The notes under the pieces are model-generated. The model was not told where the DNA came from and did not search any database. It saw only the letters and a program-made list of their open reading frames with translations. Both the position numbers and the translations under genes were made by a program. From Eledone cirrhosa (lineage: Eukaryota): a stretch of DNA of 64,000 nucleotides. Below, piece by piece: positions 1-11,680 of the stretch; positions within the stretch are counted from its first letter, which is position 1, and every line of letters starts with the position of its first letter. Location: NCBI GenBank assembly GCA_964016885.1, contig CAXHJY010000031.1, positions 186,001-250,000 on the forward strand, written 5' to 3'.

Positions 1-657
1 TGTCACTCTCTGTCTGGTTGGAACTCTGATCCAGCCACAAGTTTCATCAGTAACCTGCAGTAAGGTATCGCATAAGAAATTCCAGTTATCATCTATGTTG
101 TACGACTCTAAATCGTCTTCTTTTTCATCATACACATATTGAAGGGCTTTCCTAAATTTGTATTTTAGTGAGAGCTCTTTTAGCTTCCAGACCTTTCTTT
201 TTTCCACACCTTCCTGTATGTCTCATTCAGTCTCTTGCTTAATGAGATATCACTAACGACTAACCTATGCTGTGGGGTACATTCTTCCCTGGGGTATGCC
301 TTTGCATTTGACACCATCTGCCTGTCCCGCTGCCTAACTAGCAAGAAGTCAATCTGGCTTATGTGCTTGCCTGATTTGTAGGTTATTAGGTGGTTGGCAG
401 ATTTGTGTAAGTTAGTGTTGTAGATGGTTAGTGCAATTGCATTGCAAAATTCAAGAAGTTTCACTGCTTCATTTCTTAAGCCGTAAGTGTGCCCAACATG
501 TACCTCAGTGTAACCATCGTAGAGCTGTCCAACATGACCATTGAAATCCCCTGCTAGCATAACGATGTCTCCGTCCTGTCATTGTGGCTGTTTGTAAAAA
601 TTGCTTGTAAATGCAGAATTTCTTGTCTTTACCTAGCAGCAGTTTCTTGCTCTCAAT

Positions 658-711
658 TAACCCTAAAACTAGTCGTAACGCTAACAGTAACACTAACCGT
701 AACACTAACTT
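658..711. repeat. Degenerate telomere-like hexamer tract (TAACCC-type, 9 units), once per array unit
   Basis: taaccc taaaac tagtcg taacgc taacag taacac taaccg taacac taactt: strict 6-bp phase with TAA at the start of most units. Confidence 0.6.
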
Positions 712-744
712 ATGCAGGCCTAGGTAAAGACGAGAAAGATAAAA

Positions 745-975
745 CAAGGAGTGATGCTATTTGAATTTTGTGATGCAAGTGTTTTAACCATTTGCAAAAC
801 CAACTTCCGCAAACCTGCCAACTGCCTAATAACCTACAAATTAGGCAAGCACAGAAGCCGGATTTCTCGGTAGTTAGGCAGCGAGACAGACAGATGGTGT
901 GAAGTACCAGGGTGTGCCCCGGGGAGGACTGTTTCCCACAGCGTGGGTTGGTTGTTGGTGATGTCTCGGTGATCC
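745..975 (+). mobile_element. Second, inverted RTE AP-endonuclease fragment (once per unit)
   Basis: Translates with a frameshift and a stop as GVMLFEFCDASVLTICKTNFRKPANCLITYKLGKH...VRQRDRQMV..CPGEDCFPQRGLVVGD. It aligns to the reverse complement of about 250-470. Confidence 0.9.
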
Positions 976-1067
976 TGAGACGGAGTGAGGAGGGTGTTTA
1001 TAGGTAAATAGATAGACTGATGCACAGATATCTGGATAGATTGATAGAGAGATAGATATATAGAGAG

Positions 1068-1535
1068 CATCATTATCATCGTCTGTTCATCATTTTACGT
1101 CCGCTTTTCCCTGCTTGAAAGGGTGGGACAGGTCCTCTTGAGCAAAGCATCTCTTCACTTGTCACGGTCCTTCGTCATCTCCTTGGTGAGTTTCAGCGAT
1201 CTGAAGTCGGCTCTCACCACCTCCACCCATGTTTTTCGTGGTCTTCCTCTACTGCGTCTCCCTTCTTTACCCAGCGCTCAACCTCCATGCGCATCACATG
1301 CCCATACCATCTCAGTCCTCTCTTGCACACCACAACTTATCCCTCTTAAACACAGTTTCTCTCTCAACTCGTTTATGCTTGGTCGTTCCCGCACATTGAC
1401 ATTGCACATCCAACGGAGCGTGCTTGCTTCATTTCTCTCCAGCCATCGCATACCCTCTGCAGTTGCTGTCCATGTTTCACTACCATGCAGGGTCGCACAT
1501 CTCGCATAGGCATCATGTAACCACACTTTCGTACG
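1068..1535 (-). mobile_element. RTE-clade LINE 3' end: C-terminal ORF fragment plus (GAT)n-type tail (once per unit)
   Basis: LHGSETW...LERNEASTLRWMCNV...ELREKL is typical of the RTE post-RT region. A catcat-type tail lies at about 1068-1095. Confidence 0.9.
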
Positions 1536-1551
1536 CATATATATATTTGTA

Positions 1552-1594
<43 letters not shown>

Positions 1595-1618
1595 ATGTAT
1601 ATATATGTATGTATATAT

Positions 1619-1780
1619 TTGTCCTGGGTATGACATTAAACTACATCCAGTGGCAAGGCTCAAGTTCAGGAGGAACTGTGGGGAACATGGAGTTACCCCC
1701 TTAGTTGTCATAACTCCCAGGTCTGCTCTGGCCTGGTGTAGTAGTACCTGTTGGGGCCCCATTTATAGGTTAAATAATAA
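1619..1780. mobile_element. Short (about 160 bp) non-coding dispersed repeat next to a TA microsatellite (once per unit)
   Basis: An independent diverged copy lies at 30322-30490, also following a TA/CA tract. Confidence 0.75.
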
Positions 1781-2235
1781 GATGACAGATCGGCGTACCC
1801 TATCAAAGGCCTTCTCTAGGTCAACAAAGGCTAAGTATAGTGGCTTATTTTTCTCTAAGAACCTCTCTTGTAATTGTCTCATCAAGAAGAGGGCATCTGT
1901 TGTACTATTCCCAGGCACAAAACCAAACTGCATCTCATCTAGTTTGACCCTTTCTCTAATTAGTTGTGCTAATATCCTTTCTGCCACTTTCATAACCTGA
2001 TCCATCAGTTTTATATCCCTATAATTTCTCCTCTCAAGAGCGTCCCCTTTACTTTTGCACTAGTCTTTGGGTATGACACTGCCATATATAGCCTGATTGA
2101 TGATGTGTGCAACCAGTTTAGTGCCTACGTCCCCTGAGGCCTTCAGCATCTCAGCAACTATCTCCGATGGTCCAGCAGCCTCACCATTTTTCAATTCCTT
2201 AATCGCCTCTTGGACCCTATATTCGTTAATCTCAA
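1780..2235 (-). mobile_element. RTE reverse transcriptase N-terminal fragment (once per unit)
   Basis: AAGPSEIVAEMLK, KGKGDAL..NYR.IKL, QFGFVPGNSTTDA and AFVDLEKAFDRV motifs. It is truncated before YADD. Confidence 0.95.
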
Positions 2236-2959
2236 TTTTAAATGGACCTCTTGATAAGACGAAATGACCTGTATAATTTTTTTTTCATATTTAGATGGAA
2301 TAGAAGAAAAAGAAGAGAAATGAAAGCAATGAAATTAAGTTTTAGAGAAAATATACGCCAACGACAATGGAGGTATGATTTCAGTTTAATCTTAACCTAA
2401 TGACCACTTTACAGAGTGTACTGGGTGTGTCTTACCTCGCTATGTTTACTGTAAACCCTAGATAACGAATGCCTTGTTGAGTGTTGTGAATTGTGAACGT
2501 GAGGTTGTGTTGTGGGGTTGCTTGGTGAGGTTGCATAAGAAGGGTGTTGTGAGTTTGCATTATGATGTAGCTTTGTGAGGCTTTGTTGTGAATTGATAAA
2601 TATTTGAAAACACACCTCTGTCCCCTCAACAGTCAGTCAGTCATTTTCTACTAAAACTCATTGATGCGAGTCCCTAGCATTGTATCTGTAAGTACATTAT
2701 GACTATTTTCTCTTGGTGGACTTGACATTCAAAGATATTTGTATATATTTTGTTGATGTTGTTTGTTAGTTAGGAAATTGCTTAAAAGCTACTTTGATCA
2801 CAGCACTTTGTAAAGGCAACATATGTTTAAGATTCTTTTTTTCTTTTATTTTTGTTATTCAGATGACAGAGAAGGCAAAGAAAGGCACAGAAGAAAAGAA
2901 CAATGACGATTATTATTATTATTATTACTATTATTATTTGTTTTATTATAATCAAAATA

Positions 2960-3120
2960 TGCTGTTAGTTTGCCTGCTATCCCACTACGTGCCTGCTATC
3001 GCACTCGATCTTTTGTGTACGTTTTATATAATTTATGCCAGTTCCGTTTCTGCATATCGAACATGGCCATTTCCCTGACGGAATAGAGTTTTGTCCTCTT
3101 TTCTACTCATCAACACTCAT
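2960..3120 (-). mobile_element. RTE fragment covering the Cys-rich insert after the RT domain (once per unit)
   Basis: The minus strand reads SGKWPCSICRNGTGIN. Related sequence occurs at about 53025-53150 and 58165-58290, inside other RTE pieces. Confidence 0.6.
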
Positions 3121-3124
3121 TCGT

Positions 3125-3945
3125 GACACAAAGTACAGCGGCATCATTGCGGACAGACTTAATCCCGATTTGCACTGACACACTGCCTTGCAGTACGGAA
3201 CAGCGCACGTCGTCGAGCAGCCTCCTTGCATGCTAAGTACACCTGACGTCTAGCTTCTCTCTTAGCGGCTGTATATTCTTCTCTACTCGCACTAATTTTG
3301 CAAGCATTCCATGCTAGTCTTTAGTCTCCAATGGCCCGATCTACCGTGCTGTCCCACCACCATGTCACTCTCTGTCTGGTTGGAACTCTGATCCAGCCAC
3401 AAGTTTCATCAGTAACCTGCAGTAAGGTATCGCATAAGAAATTCCAGTTATCATCTATGTTGTACGACTCTAAATCGTCTTCTTTTTCATCATACACATA
3501 TTGAAGGGCTTTCCTAAATTTGTATTTTAGTGAGAGCTCTTTTAGCTTCCAGACCTTTCTTTTTTCCACACCTTCCTGTATGTCTCATTCAGTCTCTTGC
3601 TTAATGAGATATCACTAACGACTAACCTATGCTGTGGGGTACATTCTTCCCCGGGGTATGCCTTTGCATTTGACACCATCTGCCTGTCCCGCTGCCTAAC
3701 TAGCAAGAAGTCAATCTGGCTTATGTGCTTGCCTGATTTGTAGGTTATTAGGTGGTTGGCAGATTTGTGTAAGTTAGTGTTGTAGATGGTTAGTGCAATT
3801 GCATTGCAAAATTCAAGAAGTTTCACTGCTTCATTTCTTAAGCCGTAAGTGTGCCCAACATGTACCTCAGTGTAACCATCGTAGAGCTGTCCAACATGAC
3901 CATTGAAATCCCCTGCTAGCATAACGATGTCTCCGTCCTGTCATT
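3125..3945 (-). mobile_element. RTE AP-endonuclease plus linker fragment, spanning the unit boundary (once per unit)
   Basis: ORFs 3542-3922 (GDFNGHVG, SQIDFLL, QHRLVV) and 3321-3569 (WWWDSTV), continuing to EARRQVYLA. It contains frameshifts and stops. Confidence 0.95.
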
Positions 3946-4913
3946 GTGGCTGTTTGTAAAAATTGCTTGTAAATGCAGAATTTCTTGTCTTTACCTAGCA
4001 GCAGTTTCTTGCTCTCAATTAACCCTAAAACTAGCCGCAACGCTAACAGTAACACTAACCGTAACACTAACTTATGCAGGCCTAGGTAAAGACGAGAAAG
4101 ATAAAACAAGGAGTGATGCTATTTGAATTTTGTGATGCAAGTGTTTTAACCATTTGCAAAACCAACTTCCGCAAACCTGCCAACTGCCTAATAACCTACA
4201 AATTAGGCAAGCACAGAAGCCGGATTTCTCGGTAGTTAGGCAGCGAGACAGACAGATGGTGTGAAGTACCAGGGTGTGCCCCGGGGAGGACTGTTTCCCA
4301 CAGCGTGGGTTGGTTGTTGGTGATGTCTCGGTGATCCTGAGACGGAGTGAGGAGGGTGTTTATAGGTAAATAGATAGACTGATGCACAGATATCTGGATA
4401 GATTGATAGAGAGATAGATATATAGAGAGCATCATTATCATCGTCTGTTGATCATTTTACGTCCGCTTTTCCCTGCTTGAAAGGGTGGGACAGGTCCTCT
4501 TGAGCAAAGCATCTCTTCACTTGTCACGGTCCTTCGTCATCTCCTTGGTGAGTTTCAGCGATCTGAAGTCGGCTCTCACCACCTCCACCCATGTTTTTCG
4601 TGGTCTTCCTCTACTGCGTCTCCCTTCTTTACCCAGCGCTCAACCTCCATGCGCATCACATGCCCATACCATCTCAGTCCTCTCTTGCACACCACAACTT
4701 ATCCCTCTTAAACACAGTTTCTCTCTCAACTCGTTTATGCTTGGTCGTTCCCGCACATTGACATTGCACATCCAACGGAGCGTGCTTGCTTCATTTCTCT
4801 CCAGCCATCGCATACCCTCTGCAGTTGCTGTCCATGTTTCACTACCATGCAGGGTCGCACATCTCGCATAGGCATCATGTAACCACACTTTCGTACGCAT
4901 ATATATATTTGTA

Positions 4914-4956
<43 letters not shown>

Positions 4957-7900
4957 ATGTATATATATGTATGTATATATTTGTCCTGGGTATGACATTA
5001 AACTACATCCAGTGGCAAGGCTCAAGTTCAGGAGGAACTGTGGGGAACATGGAGTTACCCCCTTAGTTGTCATAACTCCCAGGTCTGCTCTGGCCTGGTG
5101 TAGTAGTACCTGTTGGGGCCCCATTTATAGGTTAAATAATAAGATGACAGATCGGCGTACCCTATCAAAGGCCTTCTCTAGGTCAACAAAGGCTAAGTAT
5201 AGTGGCTTATTTTTCTCTAAGAACCTCTCTTGTAATTGTCTCATCAAGAAGAGGGCATCTGTTGTACTATTCCCAGGCACAAAACCAAACTGCATCTCAT
5301 CTAGTTTGACCCTTTCTCTAATTAGTTGTGCTAATATCCTTTCTGCCACTTTCATAACCTGATCCATCAGTTTTATATCCCTATAATTTCTCCTCTCAAG
5401 AGCGTCCCCTTTACTTTTGCACTAGTCTTTGGGTATGACACTGCCATATATAGCCTGATTGATGATGTGTGCAACCAGTTTAGTGCCTACGTCCCCTGAG
5501 GCCTTCAGCATCTCAGCAACTATCTCCGATGGTCCAGCAGCCTCACCATTTTTCAATTCCTTAATCGCCTCTTGGACCCTATATTCGTTAATCTCAATTT
5601 TAAATGGACCTCTTGATAAGACGAAATGACCTGTATAATTTTTTTTTCATATTTAGATGGAATAGAAGAAAAAGAAGAGAAATGAAAGCAATGAAATTAA
5701 GTTTTAGAGAAAATATACGCCAACGACAATGGAGGTATGATTTCAGTTTAATCTTAACCTAATGACCACTTTACAGAGTGTACTGGGTGTGTCTTACCTC
5801 GCTATGTTTACTGTAAACCCTAGATAACGAATGCCTTGTTGAGTGTTGTGAATTGTGAACGTGAGGTTGTGTTGTGGGGTTGCTTGGTGAGGTTGCATAA
5901 GAAGGGTGTTGTGAGTTTGCATTATGATGTAGCTTTGTGAGGCTTTGTTGTGAATTGATAAATATTTGAAAACACACCTCTGTCCCCTCAACAGTCAGTC
6001 AGTCATTTTCTACTAAAACTCATTGATGCGAGTCCCTAGCATTGTATCTGTAAGTACATTATGACTATTTTCTCTTGGTGGACTTGACATTCAAAGATAT
6101 TTGTATATATTTTGTTGATGTTGTTTGTTAGTTAGGAAATTGCTTAAAAGCTACTTTGATCACAGCACTTTGTAAAGGCAACATATGTTTAAGATTCTTT
6201 TTTTCTTTTATTTTTGTTATTCAGATGACAGAGAAGGCAAAGAAAGGCACAGAAGAAAAGAACAATGACGATTATTATTATTATTATTACTATTATTATT
6301 TGTTTTATTATAATCAAAATATGCTGTTAGTTTGCCTGCTATCCCACTACGTGCCTGCTATCGCACTCGATCTTTTGTGTACGTTTTATATAATTTATGC
6401 CAGTTCCGTTTCTGCATATCGAACATGGCCATTTCCCTGACGGAATAGAGTTTTGTCCTCTTTTCTACTCATCAACACTCATTCGTGACACAAAGTACAG
6501 CGGCATCATTGCGGACAGACTTAATCCCGATTTGCACTGACACACTGCCTTGCAGTACGGAACAGCGCACGTCGTCGAGCAGCCTCCTTGCATGCTAAGT
6601 ACACCTGACGTCTAGCTTCTCTCTTAGCGGCTGTATATTCTTCTCTACTCGCACTAATTTTGCAAGCATTCCATGCTAGTCTTTAGTCTCCAATGGCCCG
6701 ATCTACCGTGCTGTCCCACCACCATGTCACTCTCTGTCTGGTTGGAACTCTGATCCAGCCACAAGTTTCATCAGTAACCTGCAGTAAGGTATCGCATAAG
6801 AAATTCCAGTTATCATCTATGTTGTACGACTCTAAATCGTCTTCTTTTTCATCATACACATATTGAAGGGCTTTCCTAAATTTGTATTTTAGTGAGAGCT
6901 CTTTTAGCTTCCAGACCTTTCTTTTTTCCACACCTTCCTGTATGTCTCATTCAGTCTCTTGCTTAATGAGATATCACTAACGACTAACCTATGCTGTGGG
7001 GTACATTCTTCCCCGGGGTATGCCTTTGCATTTGACACCATCTGCCTGTCCCGCTGCCTAACTAGCAAGAAGTCAATCTGGCTTATGTGCTTGCCTGATT
7101 TGTAGGTTATTAGGTGGTTGGCAGATTTGTGTAAGTTAGTGTTGTAGATGGTTAGTGCAATTGCATTGCAAAATTCAAGAAGTTTCACTGCTTCATTTCT
7201 TAAGCCGTAAGTGTGCCCAACATGTACCTCAGTGTAACCATCGTAGAGCTGTCCAACATGACCATTGAAATCCCCTGCTAGCATAACGATGTCTCCGTCC
7301 TGTCATTGTGGCTGTTTGTAAAAATTGCTTGTAAATGCAGAATTTCTTGTCTTTACCTAGCAGCAGTTTCTTGCTCTCAATTAACCCTAAAACTAGCCGC
7401 AACGCTAACAGTAACACTAACCGTAACACTAACTTATGCAGGCCTAGGTAAAGACGAGAAAGATAAAACAAGGAGTGATGCTATTTGAATTTTGTGATGC
7501 AAGTGTTTTAACCATTTGCAAAACCAACTTCCGCAAACCTGCCAACTGCCTAATAACCTACAAATTAGGCAAGCACAGAAGCCGGATTTCTCGGTAGTTA
7601 GGCAGCGAGACAGACAGATGGTGTGAAGTACCAGGGTGTGCCCCGGGGAGGACTGTTTCCCACAGCGTGGGTTGGTTGTTGGTGATGTCTCGGTGATCCT
7701 GAGACGGAGTGAGGAGGGTGTTTATAGGTAAATAGATAGACTGATGCACAGATATCTGGATAGATTGATAGAGAGATAGATATATAGAGAGCATCATTAT
7801 CATCGTCTGTTCATCATTTTACGTCCGCTTTTCCCTGCTTGAAAGGGTGGGACAGGTCCTCTTGAGCAAAGCATCTCTTCACTTGTCACGGTCCTTCGTC

Positions 7901-8275
7901 ATCTCCTTGGTGAGTTTCAGCGATCTGAAGTCGGCTCTCACCACCTCCACCCATGTTTTTCGTGGTCTTCCTCTACTGCGTCTCCCTTCTTTACCCAGCG
8001 CTCAACCTCCATGCGCATCACATGCCCATACCATCTCAGTCCTCTCTTGCACACCACAACTTATCCCTCTTAAACACAGTTTCTCTCTCAACTCGTTTAT
8101 GCTTGGTCGTTCCCGCACATTGACATTGCACATCCAACGGAGCGTGCTTGCTTCATTTCTCTCCAGCCATCGCATACCCTCTGCAGTTGCTGTCCATGTT
8201 TCACTACCATGCAGGGTCGCACATCTCGCATAGGCATCATGTAACCACACTTTCGTACGCATATATATATTTGTA

Positions 8276-8318
<43 letters not shown>

Positions 8319-11300
8319 ATGTATATATATGTATGTATATATTTGTCCTGGGTATGACATTAAACTACATCCAGTGGCAAGGCTCAAGTTCAGGAGGAAC
8401 TGTGGGGAACATGGAGTTACCCCCTTAGTTGTCATAACTCCCAGGTCTGCTCTGGCCTGGTGTAGTAGTACCTGTTGGGGCCCCATTTATAGGTTAAATA
8501 ATAAGATGACAGATCGGCGTACCCTATCAAAGGCCTTCTCTAGGTCAACAAAGGCTAAGTATAGTGGCTTATTTTTCTCTAAGAACCTCTCTTGTAATTG
8601 TCTCATCAAGAAGAGGGCATCTGTTGTACTATTCCCAGGCACAAAACCAAACTGCATCTCATCTAGTTTGACCCTTTCTCTAATTAGTTGTGCTAATATC
8701 CTTTCTGCCACTTTCATAACCTGATCCATCAGTTTTATATCCCTATAATTTCTCCTCTCAAGAGCGTCCCCTTTACTTTTGCACTAGTCTTTGGGTATGA
8801 CACTGCCATATATAGCCTGATTGATGATGTGTGCAACCAGTTTAGTGCCTACGTCCCCTGAGGCCTTCAGCATCTCAGCAACTATCTCCGATGGTCCAGC
8901 AGCCTCACCATTTTTCAATTCCTTAATCGCCTCTTGGACCCTATATTCGTTAATCTCAATTTTAAATGGACCTCTTGATAAGACGAAATGACCTGTATAA
9001 TTTTTTTTTCATATTTAGATGGAATAGAAGAAAAAGAAGAGAAATGAAAGCAATGAAATTAAGTTTTAGAGAAAATATACGCCAACGACAATGGAGGTAT
9101 GATTTCAGTTTAATCTTAACCTAATGACCACTTTACAGAGTGTACTGGGTGTGTCTTACCTCGCTATGTTTACTGTAAACCCTAGATAACGAATGCCTTG
9201 TTGAGTGTTGTGAATTGTGAACGTGAGGTTGTGTTGTGGGGTTGCTTGGTGAGGTTGCATAAGAAGGGTGTTGTGAGTTTGCATTATGATGTAGCTTTGT
9301 GAGGCTTTGTTGTGAATTGATAAATATTTGAAAACACACCTCTGTCCCCTCAACAGTCAGTCAGTCATTTTCTACTAAAACTCATTGATGCGAGTCCCTA
9401 GCATTGTATCTGTAAGTACATTATGACTATTTTCTCTTGGTGGACTTGACATTCAAAGATATTTGTATATATTTTGTTGATGTTGTTTGTTAGTTAGGAA
9501 ATTGCTTAAAAGCTACTTTGATCACAGCACTTTGTAAAGGCAACATATGTTTAAGATTCTTTTTTTCTTTTATTTTTGTTATTCAGATGACAGAGAAGGC
9601 AAAGAAAGGCACAGAAGAAAAGAACAATGACGATTATTATTATTATTATTACTATTATTATTTGTTTTATTATAATCAAAATATGCTGTTAGTTTGCCTG
9701 CTATCCCACTACGTGCCTGCTATCGCACTCGATCTTTTGTGTACGTTTTATATAATTTATGCCAGTTCCGTTTCTGCATATCGAACATGGCCATTTCCCT
9801 GACGGAATAGAGTTTTGTCCTCTTTTCTACTCATCAACACTCATTCGTGACACAAAGTACAGCGGCATCATTGCGGACAGACTTAATCCCGATTTGCACT
9901 GACACACTGCCTTGCAGTACGGAACAGCGCACGTCGTCGAGCAGCCTCCTTGCATGCTAAGTACACCTGACGTCTAGCTTCTCTCTTAGCGGCTGTATAT
10001 TCTTCTCTACTCGCACTAATTTTGCAAGCATTCCATGCTAGTCTTTAGTCTCCAATGGCCCGATCTACCGTGCTGTCCCACCACCATGTCACTCTCTGTC
10101 TGGTTGGAACTCTGATCCAGCCACAAGTTTCATCAGTAACCTGCAGTAAGGTATCGCATAAGAAATTCCAGTTATCATCTATGTTGTACGACTCTAAATC
10201 GTCTTCTTTTTCATCATACACATATTGAAGGGCTTTCCTAAATTTGTATTTTAGTGAGAGCTCTTTTAGCTTCCAGACCTTTCTTTTTTCCACACCTTCC
10301 TGTATGTCTCATTCAGTCTCTTGCTTAATGAGATATCACTAACGACTAACCTATGCTGTGGGGTACATTCTTCCCCGGGGTATGCCTTTGCATTTGACAC
10401 CATCTGCCTGTCCCGCTGCCTAACTAGCAAGAAGTCAATCTGGCTTATGTGCTTGCCTGATTTGTAGGTTATTAGGTGGTTGGCAGATTTGTGTAAGTTA
10501 GTGTTGTAGATGGTTAGTGCAATTGCATTGCAAAATTCAAGAAGTTTCACTGCTTCATTTCTTAAGCCGTAAGTGTGCCCAACATGTACCTCAGTGTAAC
10601 CATCGTAGAGCTGTCCAACATGACCATTGAAATCCCCTGCTAGCATAACGATGTCTCCGTCCTGTCATTGTGGCTGTTTGTAAAAATTGCTTGTAAATGC
10701 AGAATTTCTTGTCTTTACCTAGCAGCAGTTTCTTGCTCTCAATTAACCCTAAAACTAGCCGTAACGCTAACAGTAACACTAACCGTAACACTAACTTATG
10801 CAGGCCTAGGTAAAGACGAGAAAGATAAAACAAGGAGTGATGCTATTTGAATTTTGTGATGCAAGTGTTTTAACCATTTGCAAAACCAACTTCCGCAAAC
10901 CTGCCAACTGCCTAATAACCTACAAATTAGGCAAGCACAGAAGCCGGATTTCTCGGTAGTTAGGCAGCGAGACAGACAGATGGTGTGAAGTACCAGGGTG
11001 TGCCCCGGGGAGGACTGTTTCCCACAGCGTGGGTTGGTTGTTGGTGATGTCTCGGTGATCCTGAGACGGAGTGAGGAGGGTGTTTATAGGTAAATAGATA
11101 GACTGATGCACAGATATCTGGATAGATTGATAGAGAGATAGATATATAGAGAGCATCATTATCATCGTCTGTTCATCATTTTACGTCCGCTTTTCCCTGC
11201 TTGAAAGGGTGGGACAGGTCCTCTTGAGCAAAGCATCTCTTCACTTGTCACGGTCCTTCGTCATCTCCTTGGTGAGTTTCAGCGATCTGAAGTCGGCTCT

Positions 11301-11637
11301 CACCACCTCCACCCATGTTTTTCGTGGTCTTCCTCTACTGCGTCTCCCTTCTTTACCCAGCGCTCAACCTCCATGCGCATCACATGCCCATACCATCTCA
11401 GTCCTCTCTTGCACACCACAACTTATCCCTCTTAAACACAGTTTCTCTCTCAACTCGTTTATGCTTGGTCGTTCCCGCACATTGACATTGCACATCCAAC
11501 GGAGCGTGCTTGCTTCATTTCTCTCCAGCCATCGCATACCCTCTGCAGTTGCTGTCCATGTTTCACTACCATGCAGGGTCGCACATCTCGCATAGGCATC
11601 ATGTAACCACACTTTCGTACGCATATATATATTTGTA

Positions 11638-11680
<43 letters not shown>

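Noticed and set aside
41-55. CTGATGA on the minus strand of each array unit as a hammerhead
   Set aside because: There is no stem II or separate GAAA. It is RTE coding sequence (VTDET).
2794-3078. 94-aa plus-strand ORF with poly-Tyr
   Set aside because: It is a (TAT)n microsatellite plus antisense RTE sequence.
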